Positions 15,208 through 24,223 of a stretch of 64,000 nt of DNA are shown piece after piece (the first letter of the stretch is position 1; each line of letters opens with the position of its first letter). A model generated the notes under the pieces. The model was not told the DNA's origin. It did no database searches and saw only the letters and a program-made list of their open reading frames with translations. The stretch is taken from contig JBNKDD010000001.1 in NCBI GenBank assembly GCA_050288085.1, forward strand, positions 15,728 to 79,727. Direction: 5' to 3'. The position numbers were made by a program, and so were the translations under genes. Source of the stretch: Anaerolineae bacterium (GTDB lineage Bacteria; Chloroflexota; Anaerolineae; Aggregatilineales; UBA3940).

Positions 15208-17592
15208 CTATTCGTAGTCCAGCACTTCACGCACGCTTAAGCGTGATGCCCGCCGCGCCGGGAGATAGCTGGATATGCTGCCGATCAGGACGGCCAACGC
15301 CAGCCATAGAAAAGTCCCCAGTACCGAGAAATTGAACTCCAACGGTTCCCCGCCAAAGGCGATCCCAACACCATTGCTTAATGCAATGCTCAGGGGTAAA
15401 GCCAGAATGGTTGCCAGTATCCAGCTCATCAGTCCGATCACGATTCCCTCGGATAGGATGATACGCTGCACGGCCCAGTTGGAAGCGCCGATAGCCCGCA
15501 TCACCCCGATCTCCCGAACGCGCTCCAGGACGTTCAGGCCCATCGTTCCGGCCAGTCCCATCCCGCCGACAAAGGCCAGTAGGAAAGCCATCGCCAGCAG
15601 GAAAACGGTCAGTACATTGAAGCGCCCTTCAAACGTTTCGACAAACTCCGAACGGGTGGTGGTTGAACCGACCAGCAGCCCGGCCTTCTTGAAGCGCTCC
15701 TCCAGCCCTTCGGCTACCTGAGTTTGGAATTCGGGATCGCTGCCGGAAAGTTTGAGCACTGCGCGGTCTGCTAACCCGATCTCGTTTACCGTGCGGGCCA
15801 GGTCAGTATAGTCGATGTAAATCACCGGCTCGTATTGGGTTGTCACAATCCCAACGATCTGGAATGTATAATCGTCGTCGCCAATGCTGAGTTTAACCGA
15901 ATCTCCTACTCCGAGGTCGGGTTCCTGGCGGCTGAAGTCGGTATTGACCACTATTTTGTTCTGATCACCGGGCTGTATCCAGCGCCCCTCCCGCACGGTT
16001 GGCTCGACAAAGGTTGACTCTGCCGGAACACCGATCATCGAATAGTTTTCGCTTTCGGTTCCATCCGGGCGGATGCGGGCTGTTCCCTTTTGCAGCCAGC
16101 CTTCCACATCAACGACTCCTGATATCCGGGAGGCTTCGCGCTCAAGCTGGTTGATCCGGTAGGCATCGCTCAGGTTGATACTCAGATCGTACTGGGTGTA
16201 ACCCAAAACCTGGTTAAAGGTCGCAAAAAGGGAAATCCGAACACTCAGCACCGCCACGAAGATCGCCCCGGCCAGGGTCAGCGTACCCAGAGTCAGGAAC
16301 AGGCGGCCTTTCCGGCGGAAGGTATTTCTCAGCGACAGGGCGAAGGTATTGGGCAAACCCCGTATCCTTGAGGTGATCCGGTCGATGAGGTTGCCGCCTG
16401 GATTAGCACGAGCGATACCGTAATCACTGATCGCCTCCCGCACGGTGATCCGCGTTCCAAAGGTGATCGGGATCATCGCAGCAACCACCGGGACCATCAG
16501 GCCGACAAAGAATTCCAGCCCGATCACTGCCGGGGGTATTCCGGTTGTAACGATGTCAAAGTTGCCTACCCCGGCGAAGTAAGCGGTCAGACCCTTTGTG
16601 CCCAATAGCGCCAGCGGTAAGGCCACGCCCAGCGACATCAGCCCGAAGATCGCCACCGAAGAGAGATAGATTTCGGTGATCTGGGCGTTCCGACCGCCGA
16701 TAGCCTTCATCACACCGATTTGCTTGATCTGGCGAGTGATCACCGCCGACACCGTATTGATCACCAACGCGCCGCTTAACAATAAGGAGAACACACCCAG
16801 AAAGGCCAATACCAGTAAAATCGCTTTAAAAATTGGTGCAAGGGGGGATTCGGCAGGGGTGGGAATGAAGGTCGAAAAGACAGTGTAGCCGTTGCGCTCA
16901 AGTGTCAGGTCTTTGACAGAGGTTACGACTTCGCTGATGTGTTCCTCGTCAAGTGGGTTGTCGGCGACAATCAGGTATAGTGAGTTGTAGAAACGCTGTT
17001 CGCCCAGGTATTCAATGGTGTCCATTGAGACATACCCGTAGGCCAGTTCGCTGTTTCCGGCTGGAGGGACGTGCATATCGTGGGCATAGCCTGCCAGGGT
17101 CAATTCATATGTCTGCCCATCCGGCATTTCAACTGTGATGGGGTCGCCGATGGCGTAGCCTGCCGGTTCTGCCCAGGAGCGCTCAAGCAGCAGTTCCCGG
17201 TGAGCAGGCGGCCATGCGCCGCTATCCGGGAGCACCTGGCTGATCGTCATATCCCGGTATTCATCAACCGCGGTGAGATTGAGGTTGATCAGTTCACCAG
17301 AGGTAGTTTTGCTCTTGACGACAATGGTGCGCCGTCCTTCTGCTGCTGATACCTCGCGCCGCCCCTCGACTGCGCTGACCAGGTCATCGTCAAATGATTC
17401 CAGCGAGATCACGGCGCTGGCCGGGTTGGTGGCGTTGTAGGCGTTGTTCAGGTCGTTTAACAGGACAACCCAGGAATTCGCAATCGTGCCGACCGCAAAC
17501 ACGCCCACCGCAATCGACAGCACAACCAGGCTGGTTCGTGCCTTATTGCTCCACAGTTCCCGTAAAACTTTCTTCCATCGAATATTCAACAT
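15208..17592 (-). CDS. MacB/FtsX-type ABC transporter permease (duplicated FtsX)
   Basis: 794 aa with N-terminus MLNIRWKKVLRELWSNKARTSLVVLSIAVG. It has two large extracytoplasmic domains and two FtsX-like TM bundles. Confidence 0.85.
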   Translation of the reverse strand: MLNIRWKKVLRELWSNKARTSLVVLSIAVGVFAVGTIANSWVVLLNDLNNAYNATNPASAVISLESFDDDLVSAVEGRREVSAAEGRRTIVVKSKTTSGELINLNLTAVDEYRDMTISQVLPDSGAWPPAHRELLLERSWAEPAGYAIGDPITVEMPDGQTYELTLAGYAHDMHVPPAGNSELAYGYVSMDTIEYLGEQRFYNSLYLIVADNPLDEEHISEVVTSVKDLTLERNGYTVFSTFIPTPAESPLAPIFKAILLVLAFLGVFSLLLSGALVINTVSAVITRQIKQIGVMKAIGGRNAQITEIYLSSVAIFGLMSLGVALPLALLGTKGLTAYFAGVGNFDIVTTGIPPAVIGLEFFVGLMVPVVAAMIPITFGTRITVREAISDYGIARANPGGNLIDRITSRIRGLPNTFALSLRNTFRRKGRLFLTLGTLTLAGAIFVAVLSVRISLFATFNQVLGYTQYDLSINLSDAYRINQLEREASRISGVVDVEGWLQKGTARIRPDGTESENYSMIGVPAESTFVEPTVREGRWIQPGDQNKIVVNTDFSRQEPDLGVGDSVKLSIGDDDYTFQIVGIVTTQYEPVIYIDYTDLARTVNEIGLADRAVLKLSGSDPEFQTQVAEGLEERFKKAGLLVGSTTTRSEFVETFEGRFNVLTVFLLAMAFLLAFVGGMGLAGTMGLNVLERVREIGVMRAIGASNWAVQRIILSEGIVIGLMSWILATILALPLSIALSNGVGIAFGGEPLEFNFSVLGTFLWLALAVLIGSISSYLPARRASRLSVREVLDYE

Positions 17593-17635
17593 ACCACAAA
17601 CTCACTTTGTGTTACCGGTTGCCGCTAAAATGATT

Positions 17636-18427
17636 TTAGCGAGCTGCCATCGGCAGCGCTGTCTCGAATTCGCCCGTGTAGGTTTGAGTATACTCATCGG
17701 TTTTTGTGTCTTCGACGATCAACCCATCTGAGACAATCACCGCCCGGCTGACGCGATTTGCCAGATCATCATCGTGCGTGACCATCAGAATGGTTTTGCC
17801 TTCTTCGGCAAGCTGTTCAAACAGGTTAAAGATCGAATCAGCTGTTTTCGAGTCGAGGTTGCCGGTCGGTTCGTCGGCCACAATGATCGACGGATCGTTT
17901 GCCAGTGATCGGGCAATTGCCACTCGCTGCTGCTGTCCACCGGATAAAGCATTGGGCATCTTATCGGCCTCTGTCCCCACACCTACCATGTCCAGCAGTC
18001 GCAGCGCCCGCTCACGGCGTTCCTTGCGTGTGTACAGGTTAGCAAATTCCATTGGCAGCATGACGTTCTCAATTACCGTCAGGGTTGGGAGAAGCTGGAA
18101 AAACTGGAAGATGATCCCCAATTCGTGACCCCGCCATTCGGCCATTTCTGACTCGGTCAACTCGTGGACGGGTGTCCCACCGACAAACACCTCGCCCTCA
18201 GTTGGACGGTCAATGCCGGTAATCATGTTGAGCAGGGTTGACTTGCCGCTGCCGGACTTACCGATCACCGCGACGAACTCACCCCGCTCTATCAGGAGGT
18301 CGATGCCACGCAGCGCGGTAAATGATCCGGCGGCAGTCTCATAGTCCTTGACAACCCCTCGTAAATCAATAGCAGCCTCATGGTCTAAGATACCAATTTC
18401 ATGCTTGTTTTGTGTTTGCCAGAACAT
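17636..18427 (-). CDS. ABC transporter ATP-binding protein (MacB/LolD type)
   Basis: [24 protein letters not shown] and [12 protein letters not shown]. Start moved to ATG 18427 (MFWQTQ), which has a GAGGTG SD just upstream. Confidence 0.9.
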   Translation of the reverse strand: MFWQTQNKHEIGILDHEAAIDLRGVVKDYETAAGSFTALRGIDLLIERGEFVAVIGKSGSGKSTLLNMITGIDRPTEGEVFVGGTPVHELTESEMAEWRGHELGIIFQFFQLLPTLTVIENVMLPMEFANLYTRKERRERALRLLDMVGVGTEADKMPNALSGGQQQRVAIARSLANDPSIIVADEPTGNLDSKTADSIFNLFEQLAEEGKTILMVTHDDDLANRVSRAVIVSDGLIVEDTKTDEYTQTYTGEFETALPMAAR

Positions 18428-18468
18428 AACCACCTCAATTGTCAATGTTTTGTCAATATTATGTATAC

Positions 18469-18497
18469 ATTTTACTATAGGAGGGGGTATTTGTCAA
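18469..18497 (-). promoter_or_regulatory. sigma70-like promoter for the ABC exporter operon
   Basis: The minus strand reads TTGACA, 17 nt, then TAAAAT. This is about 40 nt upstream of ATG 18427. Confidence 0.5.
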
Positions 18498-18780
18498 ATT
18501 GTCATATAGTTTTCTGATAAATTAAATTGGACAAGTCTTGTACGGTTTTTGGGAGATCGCAAAGCTGGGAACTGGGAGAAAGTTTTTCATTTGTGCGGCA
18601 ATATTGTTAGAAATTTCTTAAAGAATCCTCCGCAGTTGAAAACCGGCACGGCAACTGTATACTCAATCTACGTTCCTGGCATGCAACATTGCATAATCTA
18701 TTGGTAGAGATGCTGGGAACTGCAACGAAGTACCAGGTTGTTGATGAAGCTATGCAGCAGCAACCAGAAAGTGATGAGAT

Positions 18781-19446
18781 ATGAGTATCATGCAGAACAC
18801 AAATGGCAATCACCGGCATATGTCGGTCCACGAGCGCGATAGCCAGCAATTTCATCCAGAACTGGTGACGGTTGAACGGGAAGAATTGATTGAAGACGCT
18901 GTGCGTCAGATCCTGGTCGCCGTTGGGGAAGATCCAGAGCGCGATGGGCTGCTCAAGACCCCAAATCGCGTTGCGCGGATGTATGATGAACTGCTTGAGG
19001 GCTATACGCAGGATCTGGAAACGGTCGTCAACGAGGCCATGTTCGAGGTCGAAAATCTCGATGCTGAAATGGTTGTCGTTTCTGATATTGAATACAATTC
19101 CCTGTGTGAACATCACATGCTGCCTTTTGTGGGCAAAGCTCACATTGCCTATATTCCTGGTGAGAAGGTGATCGGTTTGAGCAAAATCCCGCGCATTGTC
19201 GATATGTTTGCACACCGCTTACAAATCCAGGAACGTATGACTAATGAAATCGCCGACGCGATTGAAGAGGCAATCGATGCTGTGGGTGTGATGGTGCTGA
19301 TCGAAGGTCAGCATATGTGTGGTTCCCTGCGTGGTGTGAAGAAGCACGGCGTGAATATGGTCACTACTGCAAAGCGCGGCGCTTTTAAATCCGACCGCGA
19401 TTTACAGAAAGAGTTCTACCAGATGATTGATCGGTCAGGTGGGTAG
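18781..19446 (+). CDS. folE: GTP cyclohydrolase I
   Basis: LCEHHMLPF and IQERMT motifs. Length is 221 aa. Confidence 0.9.
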   Translation: MSIMQNTNGNHRHMSVHERDSQQFHPELVTVEREELIEDAVRQILVAVGEDPERDGLLKTPNRVARMYDELLEGYTQDLETVVNEAMFEVENLDAEMVVVSDIEYNSLCEHHMLPFVGKAHIAYIPGEKVIGLSKIPRIVDMFAHRLQIQERMTNEIADAIEEAIDAVGVMVLIEGQHMCGSLRGVKKHGVNMVTTAKRGAFKSDRDLQKEFYQMIDRSGG

Positions 19447-19493
19447 GCGACCCGTTTATAGATCGGTCCATTACACCTGTGATCGAGGCATCA

Positions 19494-19859
19494 ATGGATA
19501 AGATTATCATCAGCGATTTACTGCTGCGTGGGTACATTGGGTTCCAGCCCTGGGAACGTGAAAAAAGGCAGGATATCCTGATCAACCTGATTCTGTTCAC
19601 AGATATGCGATTAGCGGGAAAAACGGATGATGTCAAAGATGCTCTCGATTACAAGCACATCACAAAAGCGATAATCCGCCATGTCGAGGACGATTCCACA
19701 CATCACGATCTTATCGAGTCTTTGGCAACAGCCATCGCCAAAATCTGTATAGAAAGTGGTGCGGAACGCTGCATTGTCCGCGTTGAAAAGCCCGGAGCGC
19801 TGCGCTTTTCCCGGTCGGTTGGCGTTGAGATCGACCGCAGTCGAGTAGACTTCACTTGA
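19494..19859 (+). CDS. folB: dihydroneopterin aldolase
   Basis: MDKIIISDLLLRGYIGFQPWEREKRQ is a typical FolB N-terminus. Start moved to ATG 19494 (GAGG SD). Confidence 0.8.
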   Translation: MDKIIISDLLLRGYIGFQPWEREKRQDILINLILFTDMRLAGKTDDVKDALDYKHITKAIIRHVEDDSTHHDLIESLATAIAKICIESGAERCIVRVEKPGALRFSRSVGVEIDRSRVDFT

Positions 19860-19864
19860 GTCCT

Positions 19865-20374
19865 ATGATACCGGTCTTTATCACGCTCGGCTCGAATCTG
19901 AATCCCGCCCAGAACCTCCCCTGGGCGGTGACTTTGCTGCAAGAACAGCTTGACTTAATCAGGGTGTCTCATGTTTATGAAAGTGCAGCACTAGGGCCGG
20001 ATGGTCAATCCCTCGATCAACCAGGCTATCTCAATGCGGCTGTACTCGTTAATGTCCGAGATGACATCCAGCCAAAGCATTTCAAGCATCAGATGCTCCG
20101 CGCCATTGAATCCACCATTGGACGGGTTCGCACGGCTGACAAATATGCGGCTCGCCCTATCGATCTTGATATCGCCTTATATGGCGATCTTATCATCCCA
20201 TCGCTCAACATCCCTGACCCCGAAATTTTTACCCGCGCCCATGTTGCCCTTCCCCTCGCCGATCTGGCACCTGAGCATCACCATCCTATTTCTGGTCAAT
20301 CTCTGATCGACATCGCTGCGCGGTTTGAGCACCAACCGGGCATCATAAAAACCGATCTACAGCTGCTGCCGTAA
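19865..20374 (+). CDS. folK: 2-amino-4-hydroxy-6-hydroxymethyldihydropteridine diphosphokinase
   Basis: VFITLGSNL, RPIDLDIALYG and TRAHVALPLADL motifs. Start moved to ATG 19865. Confidence 0.85.
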   Translation: MIPVFITLGSNLNPAQNLPWAVTLLQEQLDLIRVSHVYESAALGPDGQSLDQPGYLNAAVLVNVRDDIQPKHFKHQMLRAIESTIGRVRTADKYAARPIDLDIALYGDLIIPSLNIPDPEIFTRAHVALPLADLAPEHHHPISGQSLIDIAARFEHQPGIIKTDLQLLP

Positions 20375-20389
20375 ATACCTTCTCATGCA

Positions 20390-21217
20390 TCAGGCCCGAT
20401 CATAGGATTCGAAAAGTTGTCCGAGGCCATCTAGCCCATGTGGATCGTAGATGAGTGTATGGAGCCTCATACCGACCGGGGTCTCAAATAAGTCACCCTC
20501 CACAATACTTGAATAGGGCTGTCCACCCAGGAGACGATTAACGTAGGTCAGGTACAAACGATCCAGTACATCGGCAGCTAGAAGCAGGTGTAGAATTCTG
20601 GGACCTGCTGCTGAATAGATAGTCTGGTAACCCAGATTTCTCATGTGCTGCACCATTTGATCGCCTGCCACACTGTCTTTTCCGGCAACAATCACCTGTC
20701 CTGCCTTCGCTTCGATCTCTTTGACACGTTGTGGATCGGGATCAGCCGTAGTGAAGACAACCACCTTCCGCCCACCCGCTGTCAACATCTCTGGAATAGG
20801 AAAATGTAGACTATGGCTAATAACGGCGATATCCGGTTGAGGTGGCAAATTCTGCGCCAATCGCCATTCTTTCAGATCAGCATAGTCAGGGTCGTCCACC
20901 CGAAGAATTTCCTGTGCTCTACCGTCAGCCCAGTCTCGCAAATAACGCCCGCTGCTGATGATTAAATCGGCCTGAGCCGCCAATTCCTGAAAAAGCCGCC
21001 AGTCGCGATTGTTGGCGATATTCTTGGGAACCATTAAGCCAGACCGGTTCGGATGGGAGATGGCTATACGGCCATCCAAACTGGTCACAAAGTTGCCATA
21101 CACATATGCCTTGCCGGAGGCTTGGCTGTATTGTCTAAGTTGATGGGCCAGATATGTGCCCCTGAGCGGCTGTTCTTGAGCAGGCTGCGGGTAGAGTTGC
21201 ATAATGTTGTTCATCAA
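20390..21217 (-). CDS. RibD C-terminal domain / dihydrofolate-reductase-like pyrimidine reductase family protein
   Basis: YVYGNFVTSLDGRIA..., with the length and pattern of the RibD_C family. Confidence 0.7.
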   Translation of the reverse strand: MMNNIMQLYPQPAQEQPLRGTYLAHQLRQYSQASGKAYVYGNFVTSLDGRIAISHPNRSGLMVPKNIANNRDWRLFQELAAQADLIISSGRYLRDWADGRAQEILRVDDPDYADLKEWRLAQNLPPQPDIAVISHSLHFPIPEMLTAGGRKVVVFTTADPDPQRVKEIEAKAGQVIVAGKDSVAGDQMVQHMRNLGYQTIYSAAGPRILHLLLAADVLDRLYLTYVNRLLGGQPYSSIVEGDLFETPVGMRLHTLIYDPHGLDGLGQLFESYDRA

Positions 21218-21443
21218 TTTATCTCCCTATCACATAAAACCTTGATCGCTAGTTGGAACCGTTCATATGGTACTCATCAGAATGGCTGGTATCCAGCCCA
21301 CCATTTCGCTGACTGACTGCGGCGAGTTGCACGCAGTTTTCGAACATATATACTGAAAGTCTGGATTGGCTTCTTTTTTCTTATCAAACTTTCTCTCACA
21401 ACGCTGCACTTCATCGTGCTCTCTAGTACAAGGAGCAATAATA

Positions 21444-23450
21444 ATGAAAAGATGTAGCCTTATGTTAACAGCATGCTGTTTGTTGTTGCTTGCGTTGATT
21501 GCCTGCGGGGCGAATAGTGATGCTCCCACCGAGGCGGTAGTTGAAACCACCACGGTTGAAGACGCCACTGAAGTTCCTACGCTGGAACCAACACCAATTC
21601 CCCCAAAACCTATACCGGAACCAACCCAGGGGCCAGCCTATGAAGGGCCGGTACCTGAAGGTGCACGGGCCCGAATCGGTCGGGGCGTTGCCGCCTCAAT
21701 GGCACTCTCACCCAATGGTGAGTTCTTAGCCGTTGGATCTTCGATTGGCGTTTATTTATATCGAACTGATTTCATGGTATCCGAATGGTTCACTCCGGTG
21801 ATCTCACCTGTTGTAGGCACTGTTTTCAGCCCGGACGGTTCGAAGATAGCCGCTCTGACCGGTTCATACATCTACATTCTAGACACGGCAACCGGTGAGT
21901 TGGCTGGCGAGCGAATTTCATTTGCCAGTGTGGACGGTGTTGCGGTCTTTAGCCCTGATGGTACGCAATTGGTGACAGCCGTTAATCAAACTATCAGATT
22001 GTGGGATCTGGCAACCGGCGAAATAGCCGCCCAGTTGGAAGGACATTCTAAGAGTGTACTATCCCTGGCCTGGACACCCGACGGCAGCCAGCTTGTCAGT
22101 GGATCAACGGGAGAAGATGGCGAAACCGGCGAGATTATCGTCTGGGATCCGGTTTCTGGCGAGATTGTGCGCCAGTTTGGCACAGAGCATTCGCGGGCGG
22201 TTACGGCGCTTGTTTTTAACTCGGACGGTTCCAGGCTGCTGTCCGATGCCGCAAAAGAGGCAATCATCTGGGATTTTGCCTCCGGTATACCAGAGAACAT
22301 TATCGAATCGACTCACTTTGCCAGCGCGGCCTGGTCACCGGATGATGCACTGATCGCCTTCGGTCTGAACCAGGGAAGAACGGCAGTATATGACGCCGCC
22401 AGCGCCGCTGAAAAGTATCAGGCTGAAGACCAGCGGATAACGATCCTTGATGTTGCCTTCTCGCCGGATAGCAGCCTGCTTTACACACTGGACTCAGACG
22501 GCACCATCTACCAACGCGATGCCGCCACCGGTCAGATGCAACGAGCCATCGAAGGTTTTACTGGGAGATTGGGCACAGGTGCCTGGTCGCCTGATGGCGC
22601 GACGATCTGGGCCGGGATGAGCGGCGAGCAGATCGTCCAGTGGGATGTGGAGACTTTTGACCTGCTGCATTTATATGGAGATTTTGGTAGCGGCGGTTTG
22701 ACAGGCTTCACCGTTGGGGCTATTGCCTACAATCCTGATGCCAGCCTGATAGCTGTGGGTTGTCCGGATGGACGTATCCAGCTCTACGACCCGGCAGCAG
22801 ACGAGGTGATCGCTGCTTTTGGCGACCGGGAAACCGGGCACACCAGCGGCATTATCAGCTTGGACTGGTCACCTGACGGCACTCAGATTGTCACCGGGGC
22901 ATTTGATAATGCCGTTATCGTCTGGGATGTTGAAGGGCAGATGCCGCTGGGGCGTTTCGATACCTTCTCAGAAAGAGGGTATGGTGATGTCCTGTTTACA
23001 CCCGATGGAAGCGCCCTCGTGGTGGGTGGTTTTGATGATTTTATCTACATTCTCGATCCGGGCAGCGGGGCAGTTTTAAGTCAGTGGAACCCGGAACTGG
23101 GTGATCAGAGTGACCTGGATTGGAACCCGAATGATCCGAACCAGTTCGTGGCAGCCAGTATGGATGTTGTCATCTGGGACTACACCACCGGTGAACCGGT
23201 GCTGGTCATGGAAGATGCCGACGGGTTCGACTTCCCTTATTCGGCTGCATTTAGCCCGGATGGCTCGATAATCGTTGGCGGTGGCTCTCAAGGGGACGTG
23301 GCAATCTGGGATGCTGCGACAGGGGCTGTGCTCGTAGCTTATGAAATGCCACATACCGACTCCGTCAGCGAGGTAGTTTTCAACCCGGATGGTACTACCT
23401 TTGCCACTATTTCTTATGATGGCACCATTGTGATCTGGGATGTTCCATAA
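21444..23450 (+). CDS. WD40/beta-propeller repeat lipoprotein
   Basis: Signal peptide with lipobox (LLLLALIACG) and many FSPDGS/WSPDG repeats. Start moved to ATG 21444 (AGGAG SD 8 nt upstream). Confidence 0.8.
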   Translation: MKRCSLMLTACCLLLLALIACGANSDAPTEAVVETTTVEDATEVPTLEPTPIPPKPIPEPTQGPAYEGPVPEGARARIGRGVAASMALSPNGEFLAVGSSIGVYLYRTDFMVSEWFTPVISPVVGTVFSPDGSKIAALTGSYIYILDTATGELAGERISFASVDGVAVFSPDGTQLVTAVNQTIRLWDLATGEIAAQLEGHSKSVLSLAWTPDGSQLVSGSTGEDGETGEIIVWDPVSGEIVRQFGTEHSRAVTALVFNSDGSRLLSDAAKEAIIWDFASGIPENIIESTHFASAAWSPDDALIAFGLNQGRTAVYDAASAAEKYQAEDQRITILDVAFSPDSSLLYTLDSDGTIYQRDAATGQMQRAIEGFTGRLGTGAWSPDGATIWAGMSGEQIVQWDVETFDLLHLYGDFGSGGLTGFTVGAIAYNPDASLIAVGCPDGRIQLYDPAADEVIAAFGDRETGHTSGIISLDWSPDGTQIVTGAFDNAVIVWDVEGQMPLGRFDTFSERGYGDVLFTPDGSALVVGGFDDFIYILDPGSGAVLSQWNPELGDQSDLDWNPNDPNQFVAASMDVVIWDYTTGEPVLVMEDADGFDFPYSAAFSPDGSIIVGGGSQGDVAIWDAATGAVLVAYEMPHTDSVSEVVFNPDGTTFATISYDGTIVIWDVP

Positions 23451-23479
23451 CTACCCATCCCCTTTTTGAACGGTAAAAC

Positions 23480-23513
23480 AAAACTGCTCGACAATAGCGT
23501 CGAGCAGTTTTTT
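23480..23513. terminator. bidirectional rho-independent terminator
   Basis: AAAA-CTGCTCGA...TCGAGCAG-TTTTTT. It serves the WD40 gene on the + strand and the tRNA-Ser on the - strand, where it is followed by TTTTGTTTT. Confidence 0.75.
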
Positions 23514-23516
23514 AGG

Positions 23517-23603
23517 CGGAGAGGGTGGGATTCGAACCCACGGTGACGCAAGCGCCACAACGGTTTTCGAGACCGCCCCAATCGTCCACTCTGGCACCTC
23601 TCC
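23517..23603 (-). tRNA. tRNA-Ser (anticodon CGA)
   Basis: Hand-folded cloverleaf. Acceptor GGAGAGG/CCTCTCC; anticodon stem GCGGT/ACCGT with loop CTCGAAA. Long variable arm GTGGCG-CTTG-CGTCAC; T-arm GTGGG-TTCGAAT-CCCAC; discriminator G. CCA is not encoded. Confidence 0.9.
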
Positions 23604-23719
23604 GGGTTCGGGGCATATTGTTCAATATGTCTATCTATTACCCCCCAATCCTTGCTTCGCTCGGATTTGCCCCCTTGCAAGGGGGGCGGATGCAGCCTGT
23701 TGGCTGCACGAGGGGTGTT

Positions 23720-24208
23720 CTAAGCCCGCAAATTCTTAAAAAAATCCTGAAGCTGCTGGCGGGCCTCTTCAGCCAGCACACCCCGTGTCACCTGGACACG
23801 GTGGTTCAGACGTTCGTGGTTAAGCAAGTCCATCACCGATCCACCAGCTCCTGCCTTTGGATCGTCGGTGGCCCATACCAGATGTGGCAAACGGGCCTGC
23901 ACCATTGCTCCGGCACACATCGAACACGGTTCGAGCGTACAGTAGAGCGTCACACCGATCAGACGCCATCCGCCAAGCGTTCGGGCTGCTTCACGCAAGG
24001 CGAATATTTCGGCGTGGGCGGTTGGATCGTGGTCGTGTTCCTTGCGATTATATCCTCGTCCGACAATCATACCGTCACGGACGGCAACCGCTCCGACCGG
24101 AATATCACCTAATGCAGCAGCTTTGGCGGCTTCTGCCAGTGCCTCCTGCATCCAGATAATATGCTCATCCACGCGGCGAATTATAGCAAACCGGCGGTAG
24201 GCGGTCAA
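23720..24208 (-). CDS. tadA: tRNA adenosine(34) deaminase
   Basis: Deaminase zinc motifs HAEIFALREA and EPCSMCAGA. Confidence 0.9.
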   Translation of the reverse strand: MTAYRRFAIIRRVDEHIIWMQEALAEAAKAAALGDIPVGAVAVRDGMIVGRGYNRKEHDHDPTAHAEIFALREAARTLGGWRLIGVTLYCTLEPCSMCAGAMVQARLPHLVWATDDPKAGAGGSVMDLLNHERLNHRVQVTRGVLAEEARQQLQDFFKNLRA

Positions 24209-24223
24209 TGTAGGTTTGACCGT

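Noticed and set aside
23517-23603. tRNA-Ser as the integration site for the recombinase-associated element.
   Set aside because: The recombinase is about 19 kb away with many housekeeping genes in between. I saw no duplicated tRNA 3' segment. The flanks are tadA and a WD40 lipoprotein with a normal terminator.
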